Positions 26,656 to 36,090 of a DNA stretch of 64,000 bases are shown here, piece by piece; within the stretch, counting starts at the first letter, position 1, and every line of letters begins with the position of its first letter. Source of the DNA: Escherichia phage UGJNEcP3. Location: the sequence record OV876907, one strand, 5' to 3'. Under the pieces are notes generated by a model. It ran no database searches. It saw only the letters and a program-made list of their open reading frames with translations, and was not told where the DNA came from. Made by a program: the position numbers and the translations under genes.

Positions 26656-26657
26656 AA

Positions 26658-27503
26658 TTAATCCTTAAGAAGATTTAAAATATCTGTATATTTCCTACGT
26701 TCAGCCTTAGCTTTAGCGTTCAGACCAGAGAGTCGGAAAATCTCATCATCTTGTTGTTGGATTGTAACATTCAAGCAAGTAAGCAAATTGCTAAAATACT
26801 CGATTTGAGCTTGATGCTTCTCATTGCTGCGCACTGGTACAGGTTCTGGTTTAGGAGCTTGTTCTGAAGGCTCTTCAGCCAGGTCTTTAATTTTATAAAG
26901 TTTAATACGCTGACCCACTCCAGTTTCGGCATCACCGAAACTAAGAACACCATGCTGTTCTAATTCAGACAGGGCCAAGCGCAGATGGAACTTCCAGTTG
27001 TCGTATTGACACCCACTGTAATGGGAAATAGTATACTCATTTTCATTTCCTGGGTGGTTAACAATATTAAAGATAATCCAATCACCTGAGCCATTGGTCT
27101 TAAAGGTCATTTGTTTATCAAGACCTTTTGCAAGGCGAGCGCCAAGAGCCAGTAGACGTCGTTGGTTGGCATTAAGGTCTTGAACAACTTCGTCAAATGA
27201 CATCGCCGGGATTAAACGACCATAAAGGTCGTAGCCTTTGTTATAATTTTTAAGAATAATTTTGGCATTAGCACGAGACAACATACCTGTTTTACGAAGA
27301 GTTTTCATGACCCGGTCTTCTAAGGTAAAAGACCCTTTGGTCTTTTCAAAGATTTTAGTGAAGTCATCTTTAACAGTACAAACATTGAACTTGTCCCACA
27401 TCATATATAGAACCTTTTCAACTACTTCTTTAGAACTCGGAATACGACCAAATTTAATAACTTTTTTAACTTCAGAACGAATTTGATTAATTGCCTGTGA
27501 CAT
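26658..27503 (-). CDS. Hypothetical protein
   Basis: 281 aa ORF. Confidence 0.6.
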   Translation of the reverse strand: MSQAINQIRSEVKKVIKFGRIPSSKEVVEKVLYMMWDKFNVCTVKDDFTKIFEKTKGSFTLEDRVMKTLRKTGMLSRANAKIILKNYNKGYDLYGRLIPAMSFDEVVQDLNANQRRLLALGARLAKGLDKQMTFKTNGSGDWIIFNIVNHPGNENEYTISHYSGCQYDNWKFHLRLALSELEQHGVLSFGDAETGVGQRIKLYKIKDLAEEPSEQAPKPEPVPVRSNEKHQAQIEYFSNLLTCLNVTIQQQDDEIFRLSGLNAKAKAERRKYTDILNLLKD

Positions 27504-27566
27504 AATAATTTCCTCAGTAAGTAATTAAGAACCTAGAACCATTATACCATCCTTGGTATAAAGCGT

Positions 27567-28091
27567 TTATGCGAGAACCGTCTTTAAACGCTCTTCAAAT
27601 TTCTGAAGCAGAACTTGGCGTTCAGCTCGTTGTGATTTGTACTGCTCGATACGACCTGAAGTGAGGGCGTACTGTTCGTTTACTGATTCCCGCATGAATT
27701 CAGGAATCTCTTTACAAGCTTTGATTTCGTCAAACTTATCAATAACAGCTTGTTGTTCAGCAATCAGATTATCGAAATAAGCGATATCAGATTTAACGTT
27801 TGCCAGGTCAGATTCGGTAGGCATTAAACGTTTGTTACGTTCAGCTTGATAAGCTTGATTGGTTTCACGGCTCCAGTGAAGAGTACGTTTTTTGTTAGTG
27901 TTTTTATAGAGCTCTACAATACCAACTGAATCGATGACTGCAATCCAGTTCCAACGGCTTTTGTAAATCTCTCCTCCAGATACGGTAATCTCATTACCAC
28001 AAGCAACGTCGTTAAAGAACTTGCTTTGTTTTTCAGATTTGAAATTACCGTTGTTGAAATTAATCAGTGAAAAAATATCTTTAGCGTTCAT
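27567..28091 (-). CDS. Hypothetical protein
   Basis: 174 aa ORF. Confidence 0.55.
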   Translation of the reverse strand: MNAKDIFSLINFNNGNFKSEKQSKFFNDVACGNEITVSGGEIYKSRWNWIAVIDSVGIVELYKNTNKKRTLHWSRETNQAYQAERNKRLMPTESDLANVKSDIAYFDNLIAEQQAVIDKFDEIKACKEIPEFMRESVNEQYALTSGRIEQYKSQRAERQVLLQKFEERLKTVLA

Positions 28092-28097
28092 GATAAC

Positions 28098-28147
28098 CTC
28101 CAGTAGTTGATAGGTCTATAGTATCATTTCTACTGGAGATGTAAACA
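28098..28147 (-). promoter_or_regulatory. Early promoter cassette, family i (GTTTAC-N17-TACTAT then AGACCTATCAA)
   Basis: Plus strand ttgataggtctatagtatca ... gtaaac (gtaaac at 28141-28146); flanked by a 9-bp inverted repeat ctccagtag / ctactggag. Confidence 0.55.
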
Positions 28148-28148
28148 A

Positions 28149-28490
28149 CTAATAGAAACTTTTTTCACCGGATTGTCCACTAAACCATGCTGATTGGGTG
28201 TTCTCTTTCCGTTGATGTTCAATACGAATGCGATATTCATTCCTGATGGCGCAGAGTTCACCTCGGAAGTCGCCTGCCAACTTTACCTGCTTGCGGTCTA
28301 GATTTATTAAGGCCTGGGTCTTCGCTGCCAAGAGCAGTCTCTTGTAGTCTCCTTCTTCACAATCAGTTTTATAAACTCTATTAGTATATCCATCGATAAG
28401 TTCTTTATCATAGTCCTCGACAGACTGTTTCATGGCTTTGGAAAAAGTCTGACCTGCGTTATAAAGATTGTAAATAAATTGTTCGAACAT
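28149..28490 (-). CDS. Hypothetical protein
   Basis: 113 aa ORF. Confidence 0.5.
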   Translation of the reverse strand: MFEQFIYNLYNAGQTFSKAMKQSVEDYDKELIDGYTNRVYKTDCEEGDYKRLLLAAKTQALINLDRKQVKLAGDFRGELCAIRNEYRIRIEHQRKENTQSAWFSGQSGEKSFY

Positions 28491-28500
28491 AATTTCACCT

Positions 28501-29481
28501 TTATTTCAGAAGTGTAACTTCAGCGATTTCGCTCCAGTCATTTTTATCGGTGGCAATGAAATCCGCCAGATAAAGAGCTGTACGTAATGATACGTTACGA
28601 AGACGAGATACATTAGCCTTCATCCAGGACAGTGCTTGATAAGTCTCGGCATCAGTCAGACCACGGTTTTGCATCATATCAGTGGACAGGATAACGTCTT
28701 CAACACGAACCATAATCTCTTCGTTAGAGTGAACTCCGAGGTCTAAGTAAACTGAACGAGATACTAAAGCCTGGAGGTGTGGAGCAAGTTTAGTTCCACG
28801 CTCTAATTCACGGTCAATATCAACGTTGGTGATGAACACGATGGTGCCTTCGTATTCGAATTCTTTATCGATATTTTTATCATCAAGGTAAGAACTTGAA
28901 GTGCTCCAGCACACCTTACGTTTTTCACCGGTATCCAATGCTGCTTTTAACAGGTTCAGGATATCCATATCAGAGAATACATCAACATCATCAATAAGAA
29001 GAACACTATTAGGGCCGCGGTTATTCCAAAGCTGCTCGTAAAGACCGATTCCACTAATCTTTCCGTTGATTGATTTATATTCGATAGTTTCATTTTCGTG
29101 GGCATTTTGTAATGCTTTATCCAAAGAGTACGTTTTACCAATACCTGCTGCACCAGAGATGATAAGGGAACGAATTTTACCATCGATGATTCCATTAGTC
29201 ATCATATTCATTACTTTAAAACGTTTGTTGATGCGGTGTTTCATTTCATCCTGGGATTCAGTTACGACTACAGGAGATTCAGTACCTTCCATTTCGATGT
29301 CACATTTGAACACCCATACACCACGTTCAACACCATCAATCTGTACAAATACCTTGCCATCACCGAGATGAGCTTCGGATTCATGAATTTTATTAGGGAA
29401 CCAGGTTTTACCTGAACTCATGAACGTACCAGAGATTTCATTACCGCGATAGATGCCTTTGTTGATTTTGATAGTTAACAT
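28501..29481 (-). CDS. AAA+/P-loop ATPase
   Basis: Walker A GAAGIGKT and Walker B VLLIDDVD; start trimmed to MLTIKINKG (SD GGAGAA) because a promoter cassette lies inside the ORF-track N-terminal extension. Confidence 0.7.
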   Translation of the reverse strand: MLTIKINKGIYRGNEISGTFMSSGKTWFPNKIHESEAHLGDGKVFVQIDGVERGVWVFKCDIEMEGTESPVVVTESQDEMKHRINKRFKVMNMMTNGIIDGKIRSLIISGAAGIGKTYSLDKALQNAHENETIEYKSINGKISGIGLYEQLWNNRGPNSVLLIDDVDVFSDMDILNLLKAALDTGEKRKVCWSTSSSYLDDKNIDKEFEYEGTIVFITNVDIDRELERGTKLAPHLQALVSRSVYLDLGVHSNEEIMVRVEDVILSTDMMQNRGLTDAETYQALSWMKANVSRLRNVSLRTALYLADFIATDKNDWSEIAEVTLLK

Positions 29482-29561
29482 TTTATTCTCCATTTCACTC
29501 AGTAGATTTGATAGGTCCATAATAACATGCTCTACGAGGTTGTAAACACTTTTTTGCACTA

Positions 29562-29590
29562 GACCCAAAAAAGGACCCTTCTGGGTCCTA
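29562..29590 (-). terminator. Intrinsic terminator after the nucleotidyltransferase-like gene
   Basis: Minus strand AGGACCC-AGAA-GGGTCCT followed by TTTTTT. Confidence 0.65.
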
Positions 29591-29597
29591 AATTTAG

Positions 29598-30638
29598 TTA
29601 TCGATAATAGGCGTTGTGGTTGTCAAGATAAACCTCTTCAACAAATTTGTCCCAGAAGCTCATGTCTACCTTATCAGGCATACCGTTCTTGGCGGCCCAG
29701 ATAGCATTTGTTTCGACTTCATCAACGATTGATTCAAGCTCAGCTTGGACATCTTTAAAAGCGTGTAGACCCTGCTTGATTTCCAGGATAAACGGAGCAG
29801 TTCTTAAAGGGTACTTTAAGTCACCAGTCATATAAATTTCTTTCAACTGATAACCAGCACGATAAGCATGACTCAGAGCTTTCCAGTCAATACCTTCATT
29901 AGCTTCGGCCTTACGAGCACGTTCACCATATTCAGCGTCCAGTTTGTTCAGAGACTGCTTAAGCTCGATAAGAGAAAGCGTTGTCTGATATTTTCGACCC
30001 AACACAGTGTAGAATGTTTGTGGACCTGTTTTCTCGTGATTGTGGAATACCCATTCGCAGAATTCGTTCTCTGGGAGTCGATGTTTAATATCTTCTACCT
30101 TAGTACGACGTTGTTTAGTTGAACCATCTTCTTGATAATCGACCCATTGTTCAGGAATCTGGTTGACGATTGCCAGTACACCACGCAGAGCAGCCAGACG
30201 AGAACCTTTAACACCATATTTAGAAGCTTGCTTACGGACGTACCCTAAATAGGCTTTCATGTTAGTCGTATAGAACCGAGAACGGTTATCTTGGATAAAT
30301 TTCCATACATCAGGTAAATCGGATTTAACCACCATTTCAGGCGGAGTATGGAGCATATCCAGAGCAACGGTTTCGCCTTCAGCCGCTAGTTTAAAGAAAT
30401 ATTTCAGACTGTAAAGCTCATGGTCAACATCATCTTTAGTGTTTTTGGACGCAGTGTTATTCGTGTTCAGGTTGGTATGGTTCATTGCCGTACCCAACAG
30501 AATATCACGCGGATGTGGAACAAAGATTTCTTTAAAATCGACATCAGATTCCGGAGTACTTGTTCCATAAAGATGGCTACCGAAGTAGCCTTTCATAATT
30601 GTTCTCATTCTTTGTTCTCGAAGTGGATTACAGGACAC
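29598..30638 (-). CDS. Pol-beta-superfamily nucleotidyltransferase-like protein
   Basis: N-terminal GSHLYGTSTPESDVDF fits the G-S-x(n)-D-x-D minimal nucleotidyltransferase signature; followed by an intrinsic terminator. Confidence 0.6.
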   Translation of the reverse strand: MSCNPLREQRMRTIMKGYFGSHLYGTSTPESDVDFKEIFVPHPRDILLGTAMNHTNLNTNNTASKNTKDDVDHELYSLKYFFKLAAEGETVALDMLHTPPEMVVKSDLPDVWKFIQDNRSRFYTTNMKAYLGYVRKQASKYGVKGSRLAALRGVLAIVNQIPEQWVDYQEDGSTKQRRTKVEDIKHRLPENEFCEWVFHNHEKTGPQTFYTVLGRKYQTTLSLIELKQSLNKLDAEYGERARKAEANEGIDWKALSHAYRAGYQLKEIYMTGDLKYPLRTAPFILEIKQGLHAFKDVQAELESIVDEVETNAIWAAKNGMPDKVDMSFWDKFVEEVYLDNHNAYYR

Positions 30639-31057
30639 ATCTTAGATTTACGAGCTTTAATATATTGGATAACGATGTTTTCTTTAATTTCCTTTCCTGC
30701 TCGTCGGGCTTTAATACGTTCCCATTCCTTTTCTTCTCTACGCATATCATACCATGCGTGTAAATTCATCGCGCCGAATGCCAAACCAATGGATAACGCA
30801 ATAATAAGAGCTATTGCAACCAACCCTAAAACAAACCCTAGACTCAACAGAATAGGGGTACTTAATACAAAGAAATGCTCTAATACACCAGCGCCTGCAA
30901 CAGTCAATCCAAAAAGCGTACTACCCGCAACAACAGCACAAGCAAAACAGGCCCAAACCATTTTCCAGAAATAAGCACACAAAGAGTGTGGTCGAGAATG
31001 ACGGTCATAAAAACGGTCGTGTAATTTAACGTGCCAAGAGTTTGTATTGATAATCAT
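30605..31057 (-). CDS. Hypothetical polytopic membrane protein
   Basis: 150 aa with several Ala/Gly/Leu-rich TM helices. Confidence 0.5.
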   Translation of the reverse strand: MIINTNSWHVKLHDRFYDRHSRPHSLCAYFWKMVWACFACAVVAGSTLFGLTVAGAGVLEHFFVLSTPILLSLGFVLGLVAIALIIALSIGLAFGAMNLHAWYDMRREEKEWERIKARRAGKEIKENIVIQYIKARKSKMCPVIHFENKE

Positions 31058-31067
31058 AATATTTTCC

Positions 31068-31628
31068 TTAAGAGTTCATAGTTGGGATAACAGAGTTCAG
31101 ATAAGAGACTAAAGCCTTGAGCTCGTCTTTAGTAAATACCACTTCATTTTCACCATCATGTCTTTGGACCAAGGATAGCAAATCACGGCCCTGGTGTTGA
31201 TACACAGATAATTCGGTATCATAATCCAGTTCTTCTTCGTCGCCTTCAAAGGTTTCACTAGAACGAATCACAGCATCTTGGCCTGGGACTTTCCATTCAA
31301 CTTCAGGCTTACATTCTTCTTGGAAGAGTTTAAAAATGCATTTAAAGAAATTAGCAGAATCACTAATGCTTAGGCATTCTGCATCCGTTTCCAAATTAAA
31401 CCCGTTGTCATGGTTATAAATCTGGGCCCACGTATTATCGTTAATAACAAATACACCTCTAAAACTACCATTAAGATATTCGTGTTTGTCCAAAACCTTT
31501 AAATCGTAAAGTGGTTTGATATCTTGGATAGTTAGTACGATTTTATCGTCTTCTTGTGAAAGCTCAATTGCGTTATTAACTACTTCAGCAGTCAGGTCAC
31601 CAAACAAGCCAGATGTTTCGATAATCAT
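31068..31628 (-). CDS. Hypothetical protein
   Basis: 186 aa ORF. Confidence 0.55.
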   Translation of the reverse strand: MIIETSGLFGDLTAEVVNNAIELSQEDDKIVLTIQDIKPLYDLKVLDKHEYLNGSFRGVFVINDNTWAQIYNHDNGFNLETDAECLSISDSANFFKCIFKLFQEECKPEVEWKVPGQDAVIRSSETFEGDEEELDYDTELSVYQHQGRDLLSLVQRHDGENEVVFTKDELKALVSYLNSVIPTMNS

Positions 31629-31639
31629 TTTCTATTTCC

Positions 31640-31822
31640 TCATTTCACATTTTGTTTAATAAAATTTAGCAATTCTTTAAGAGCTTTATCTTCTTCTTTA
31701 GAAAGCCTAGTACAATCATCAACCGAGTAATGGTGGCAAAATGCTGTTTCGAATCTAGCAACTGTACCGGCATAGGCCTCGATAAGCTCTTCAAGCTTTA
31801 AGTGCTTTTCTTTAGTTTTCAT
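31640..31822 (-). CDS. Hypothetical protein
   Basis: 60 aa ORF. Confidence 0.4.
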   Translation of the reverse strand: MKTKEKHLKLEELIEAYAGTVARFETAFCHHYSVDDCTRLSKEEDKALKELLNFIKQNVK

Positions 31823-31825
31823 AAA

Positions 31826-32098
31826 TCACCGGTTGTGTTTTAAAATACTATAAAGCTCTTCAACTTGACTCGCGTCCAAACAAATCATATCATTTTCTTG
31901 TTGAAGCGTAATTCCACCATGGCAGTCCCACTCTGTAACGAAAACATCGTCGTCAGAGTCTTTGTTATCCGCAAAAAGGACAATAATACCATCTTCAGAA
32001 TTACCACTCGGATCATATAACATTACAGTTTCCTCGCTAACCATGAAAAGAATAAACCAATTAAAACAGGCCCTACAAGCATTGTTAACCAAGCCCAA
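31826..32098 (-). CDS. Hypothetical protein
   Basis: 90 aa ORF. Confidence 0.45.
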   Translation of the reverse strand: MGLVNNACRACFNWFILFMVSEETVMLYDPSGNSEDGIIVLFADNKDSDDDVFVTEWDCHGGITLQQENDMICLDASQVEELYSILKHNR

Positions 32099-32143
32099 GG
32101 TTCAAGATAGTAAATCATCTTCAGGCTCCTGTGCCAATAGCCG

Positions 32144-32326
32144 TTATGCTTTCAACTCATTCAGATACTCAACCAAGGCTGCTTTAGAGTTAGCCAAATC
32201 TCGTTTACACTGCTCTATTCCGGAATACGAATAGCCTTCACAATGTTCTACTGCACTATCATAAGAATCACGTTCAATATCAGTAGCAAGTTTAATAATT
32301 TTCTCAATCTGTTCGGTAGTTAACAT
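32144..32326 (-). CDS. Hypothetical protein
   Basis: 60 aa ORF. Confidence 0.4.
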   Translation of the reverse strand: MLTTEQIEKIIKLATDIERDSYDSAVEHCEGYSYSGIEQCKRDLANSKAALVEYLNELKA

Positions 32327-32391
32327 AACTTTCTCCTCATTAGTTGATAGGTGTATAGTATCACGTTCCTAGAGGATGTAAACACTAAAAC

Positions 32392-32420
32392 GAAAAAAGG
32401 TCCCACCGAAGTGAGACCTT
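32392..32420 (-). terminator. Intrinsic terminator
   Basis: Minus strand hairpin GGTCTCAC-TTCG-GTGGGACC followed by TTTTTT. Confidence 0.55.
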
Positions 32421-32423
32421 TGG

Positions 32424-32810
32424 TTATTCTAACGTTAACAAATACTTAGTCTGGTAAAAGACACCAGTGATGTCGTCCAAAGTCGATTGGATGGCCTTAG
32501 GAAGATTTTTGTAGATTTTATCAGACGCTTTAATAAGTTCATCAAGAAAATCTATAGGGTCTTTAGGCAGTTCTGAAGCAGATGGTAGTGATGCTTTATA
32601 TTCTTTGCCACTAAATCCTAAATACTGTTCACTGAACTGGTCTAGTGGTCCTTGAACTTCTGTATAATAGAAGTCATATGCTTTGTGTCTTGCATAGCTT
32701 TTGGTTTCCAAATGGGCTGACTTAAAATAGGCTAAAGAAACCAACAGCCAACCAATATAAGAATCTACTTCAGTCCCTCGACTAAGTACGAAATCATTGA
32801 ATTTCATCAT
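32424..32810 (-). CDS. Hypothetical protein
   Basis: 128 aa ORF followed by a terminator hairpin. Confidence 0.5.
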   Translation of the reverse strand: MMKFNDFVLSRGTEVDSYIGWLLVSLAYFKSAHLETKSYARHKAYDFYYTEVQGPLDQFSEQYLGFSGKEYKASLPSASELPKDPIDFLDELIKASDKIYKNLPKAIQSTLDDITGVFYQTKYLLTLE

Positions 32811-33087
32811 CTACCTTCATTAGTTTAGCGTATCGTTCTCCGATAGCCCGACCTTCAATCGAGCAAGACTCTATTGTATTGCAATTTGAAATTTTCCAAG
32901 AAGCAGTTACATAAGCCCAGTAGTCTTCGGAGGCCTTTACACTAGGTTTACTCATTTGCGCATAAACTGGCATCGCACTACTAGCAAAGGCGTCCATCAA
33001 TTTAGGGTCGGATTTGTTTGCTAGTGAAGATGTTGGGCTTAAACATCCAATCATAAGGATACAAGCCACTGTACGGAAAATACCCAT
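32794..33087 (-). CDS. Hypothetical secreted protein
   Basis: 97 aa with N-terminal signal peptide MGIFRTVACILMIGCLSPTSSLA. Confidence 0.5.
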   Translation of the reverse strand: MGIFRTVACILMIGCLSPTSSLANKSDPKLMDAFASSAMPVYAQMSKPSVKASEDYWAYVTASWKISNCNTIESCSIEGRAIGERYAKLMKVDDEIQ

Positions 33088-33180
33088 ACAAAAGTCCTTT
33101 GTTATTTTATACGAATTTGCCTTTCGGCCTTAACCGATAGCGATTACCAAAAGCTAAAGCTCTACGGTTAGTATTACTAT

Positions 33181-33459
33181 TTATAGCTTTTTAAGCTTAC
33201 GACAATAAGAATAGAACACGTCGTTAAAATTATATTCAACCCAATTCCTCTGTATAGGCGAGGTAATGGAAAGCATATAATGTGCTTTAATTAAATCCAT
33301 TCCATTTTTATTAGGGCATTCTTTATTATTAGCATTATACGTCGCTGCTACAACTTCTATCTCTCTTTTGTAAGCCGCATCATCCATGATGGGCGAAAGA
33401 ACAATATAAGAGATGGCCACAGCGAACGCTAGAATTAAAATCTTTGAATTTAGGTCCAT
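33181..33459 (-). CDS. rI: RI-like lysis-inhibition regulator (by position and topology)
   Basis: 92 aa with N-terminal signal-anchor, immediately upstream of tk as rI is in T4; sequence not recognised. Confidence 0.4.
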   Translation of the reverse strand: MDLNSKILILAFAVAISYIVLSPIMDDAAYKREIEVVAATYNANNKECPNKNGMDLIKAHYMLSITSPIQRNWVEYNFNDVFYSYCRKLKKL

Positions 33460-33466
33460 AGTACCC

Positions 33467-34039
33467 TCAACTCGTTATTTCTATCCAGTGCTTCCTGCAC
33501 AATGACACGTAAGAATCGTTGCCACCTATAGAAACTTGGGCTCCGTCCTTAATTGCGACACCATCTTGGACCCTAGCAGTCATAGTAGCTTTACGGCCGC
33601 AATGGCACACACCTTTGTACTCAACGAGTTTATCTGCCGTAGCGAGTAATTCAGCAGAACCAGGAAACAGTTTACCCTGAAAATCAGTTCTTAGCCCATA
33701 ACACATAACTGGAACATTATAATTGTCTACTATCTTTGCCAGTTGTTTTATCTGTGCAGGTTCTAAGAATTGTGCTTCATCCACAAACACACAGTGGATA
33801 TCTTTTTGAGATTCAGCCCAACGATAGAACTCGTATAGGTCCATATCTGGAGTCACCCCATTAGCCTCTTGACTAATCCCTATACGAGACGAAATGGTAT
33901 GGCTTGATTCTCTATTATCTATCGCAGGCTTTAAAAGGAGTACGCCCATACCGCGTTCTTTGTAGTTATGAGCTGCCGTTAGCAATGAAGCGGTCTTACC
34001 GGAATTCATTGCTGCATAATGAAAATAAAGTTGGGCCAT
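33467..34039 (-). CDS. tk: Thymidine kinase
   Basis: 190 aa; YAAMNSGKTASLL P-loop, DIHCVFVDEAQFL, C-terminal CHCG...LCRKHW zinc motif; close match to T4 Tk. Confidence 0.95.
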   Translation of the reverse strand: MAQLYFHYAAMNSGKTASLLTAAHNYKERGMGVLLLKPAIDNRESSHTISSRIGISQEANGVTPDMDLYEFYRWAESQKDIHCVFVDEAQFLEPAQIKQLAKIVDNYNVPVMCYGLRTDFQGKLFPGSAELLATADKLVEYKGVCHCGRKATMTARVQDGVAIKDGAQVSIGGNDSYVSLCRKHWIEITS

Positions 34040-34208
34040 ATTACCTTCTTAAAGACTATTTACATAAGCAATTAATTCATTTTCCTTTTTAGAAAACTCA
34101 TCCTCTTCGTCACCTCTCCAGTCCCAATCCAGAGAGTTATCAAATTCACATTCTGTGTTGAGTTCCATAAGCTCATGGATAAGCTCAAACAATTTATCTT
34201 TCTGCTCT

Positions 34209-34664
34209 TTACTTAGGCTCATAATCTACCACCACCAAATTAATATCAGGAGTAAACAAATTAATCAATTGATAAACCTTATCCCAATCACCACCGGCAA
34301 TACCACAACCAATACGAGGGATATAAATTCTCGGTTTAAACAAAAGACCTTTTGCTTGTTGATTTAATTCTATCATACAGTTTACTAAAGCACTGTAATC
34401 AAGATTAGGACCTGGTTCATATTGCGTATAAAGATTATAGCAAATTTGGCCGTTATTGCCTGTGGCTTTAGTAAATGTTCCAAGTTTTGCTGCATCACCT
34501 AAATAGGTGGCTTCTCTATCAATAGCAAGAATAGGTGAATACGCCTTAGCCAATTGACCTGCTACACCTGAACCCATAGTATGGAAACAGTTACACCCAT
34601 GAGCAACGTTATTACCTTGAAGAAACAGGGCGACGATATCGCCCTTAATATAATCAATAATCAT
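34209..34664 (-). CDS. Macro-domain protein (ADP-ribose binding/hydrolase-like)
   Basis: 151 aa; VAHGCNCFHTMGSGVAG and IGCGIAGG glycine-rich motifs typical of macro domains. Confidence 0.65.
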   Translation of the reverse strand: MIIDYIKGDIVALFLQGNNVAHGCNCFHTMGSGVAGQLAKAYSPILAIDREATYLGDAAKLGTFTKATGNNGQICYNLYTQYEPGPNLDYSALVNCMIELNQQAKGLLFKPRIYIPRIGCGIAGGDWDKVYQLINLFTPDINLVVVDYEPK

Positions 34665-35017
34665 TTAGAGTTTAGCCCTCGGTTGTAAGAGTCAACGAGT
34701 CTGTCTACCATAGACGCGCACATTTCTTTGTACTTTTTATCAGATGGAACACATTCAGTGACGTTTAGACGTTGCTCGTATCTTTTAGAAAGAGTTTTCT
34801 CTTTCATTCGACGATGCTCGACGTCGTTCTGCCCATCTTTAAAAGCAGCTGTTATTTTTGAACTGAATTCAATAACACATTCAGTATTACTCGGATGACA
34901 ATAATCTTTTGCTGTACGGGTGGCATACTCGACAATTGAATTATTTGTATCATCAACCTGTGATGCTAATACTCCCGGAGCAATCAACATAAGCGCTATA
35001 GTCATCTGTTTAATCAT
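34661..35017 (-). CDS. Hypothetical periplasmic protein
   Basis: 118 aa with signal peptide MIKQMTIALMLIAPGVLASQ. Confidence 0.5.
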   Translation of the reverse strand: MIKQMTIALMLIAPGVLASQVDDTNNSIVEYATRTAKDYCHPSNTECVIEFSSKITAAFKDGQNDVEHRRMKEKTLSKRYEQRLNVTECVPSDKKYKEMCASMVDRLVDSYNRGLNSK

Positions 35018-35557
35018 TTAATATACCGCCTCAAACATCTTTTTAGATTTTAGGTAATTGGCCTTTTCTAGAACTTCGGAAGCATATTTACTGCCTGCTT
35101 TGACATTCCAGCCCGCATTATAAGAAGCAATCGCTTTTCTCAGGTCACCTTTGTGAACATTAATCCAATAAGACAGTTCAATGTAGGCCCAAGAGGCACT
35201 GTTCTGTCGTTTTTGGACCATACGAATTATTTCTTTGTCAGACATCTTCCAACCTACCTGTTGAACACGACTTCTTAACGTAGGCAAGTAATTTTGGAAC
35301 ATGCCATAAGCATGGTGCTTATCTTTATTTAAACCCTGATTAATTCCGGCGGATGATTCCTGCCATAGTAATCCGGCCATAATATATCCTAATCCTTTTT
35401 GATTAGGGTTTTCTTTGAACTTTCCCGACTTTTGGTATTGTTCACCGAAAGCATACGCATAATGTAAATTATCGAGTTGTTCATTACTGAAAGTAGGCTC
35501 TACGCTATGGGCAGACATACTAACTGTCAATAGTAAAGTGGCTAATACTTTTTTCAT
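35018..35557 (-). CDS. Secreted lytic-transglycosylase-like protein
   Basis: Signal peptide MKKVLATLLLTVSMSAHS; GLLWQESS and ASYNAGWNV resemble the SLT-domain E-S and A-Y-N-A-G motifs. Confidence 0.5.
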   Translation of the reverse strand: MKKVLATLLLTVSMSAHSVEPTFSNEQLDNLHYAYAFGEQYQKSGKFKENPNQKGLGYIMAGLLWQESSAGINQGLNKDKHHAYGMFQNYLPTLRSRVQQVGWKMSDKEIIRMVQKRQNSASWAYIELSYWINVHKGDLRKAIASYNAGWNVKAGSKYASEVLEKANYLKSKKMFEAVY

Positions 35558-35569
35558 GAGACCTCATTA

Positions 35570-36028
35570 TTAAAGATAGATTACTTTCGTGCTGGTTTTA
35601 CCTTCTAAACGTTTAGAGTTAACAAATGCCATACGACATTTAAGGGAATATCCTTTATCAGGATGTTTACGATCTACGGTCATACCTAGCCATAAGGTTT
35701 TATCGGTAATTTCGAGACGCAGTGGGCGATACACCTTACCTGGGACAATTTCAGATTCTACGTCAGGAAGAGGCTCCTGGATTAAAAATTCATGGATTTC
35801 TTTAACATGGTTATGGAGCTTCTTGAACAAAGAGAAAACATATTTTTCGTCAATTTCACGTTGGATAGCACGGTCCAACAAGTGATTAGAGTACTTAATA
35901 AAGAAAGCTGGGACACCGCTCTTAATGGCGGCTTTTTTGATGGACGCGTTAAGTTCACGAAATTCGGTTTCGAACTGACGACGTAATTTGTTGCGGCGGA
36001 TGAATACTTCTGAATTAATTTCTGACAT
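35570..36028 (-). CDS. regB: Endoribonuclease RegB
   Basis: 152 aa; EVFIRRNKLRR...HLLDRAIQREIDE...RLEITD closely matches T4 RegB as recalled. Confidence 0.9.
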   Translation of the reverse strand: MSEINSEVFIRRNKLRRQFETEFRELNASIKKAAIKSGVPAFFIKYSNHLLDRAIQREIDEKYVFSLFKKLHNHVKEIHEFLIQEPLPDVESEIVPGKVYRPLRLEITDKTLWLGMTVDRKHPDKGYSLKCRMAFVNSKRLEGKTSTKVIYL

Positions 36029-36090
36029 TTTATAATCTCCTGTAGTTTATAGGTCTATAGTATCATGTCTACAGGAGATGTAAACTGCTT

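Noticed and set aside
27566-27569. One-base disagreement between my manual indexing of the stop codon and the ORF-track coordinate for 27567-28091.
   Set aside because: Probably my counting error within the line; ORF-track coordinates retained and motif positions flagged as approximate.
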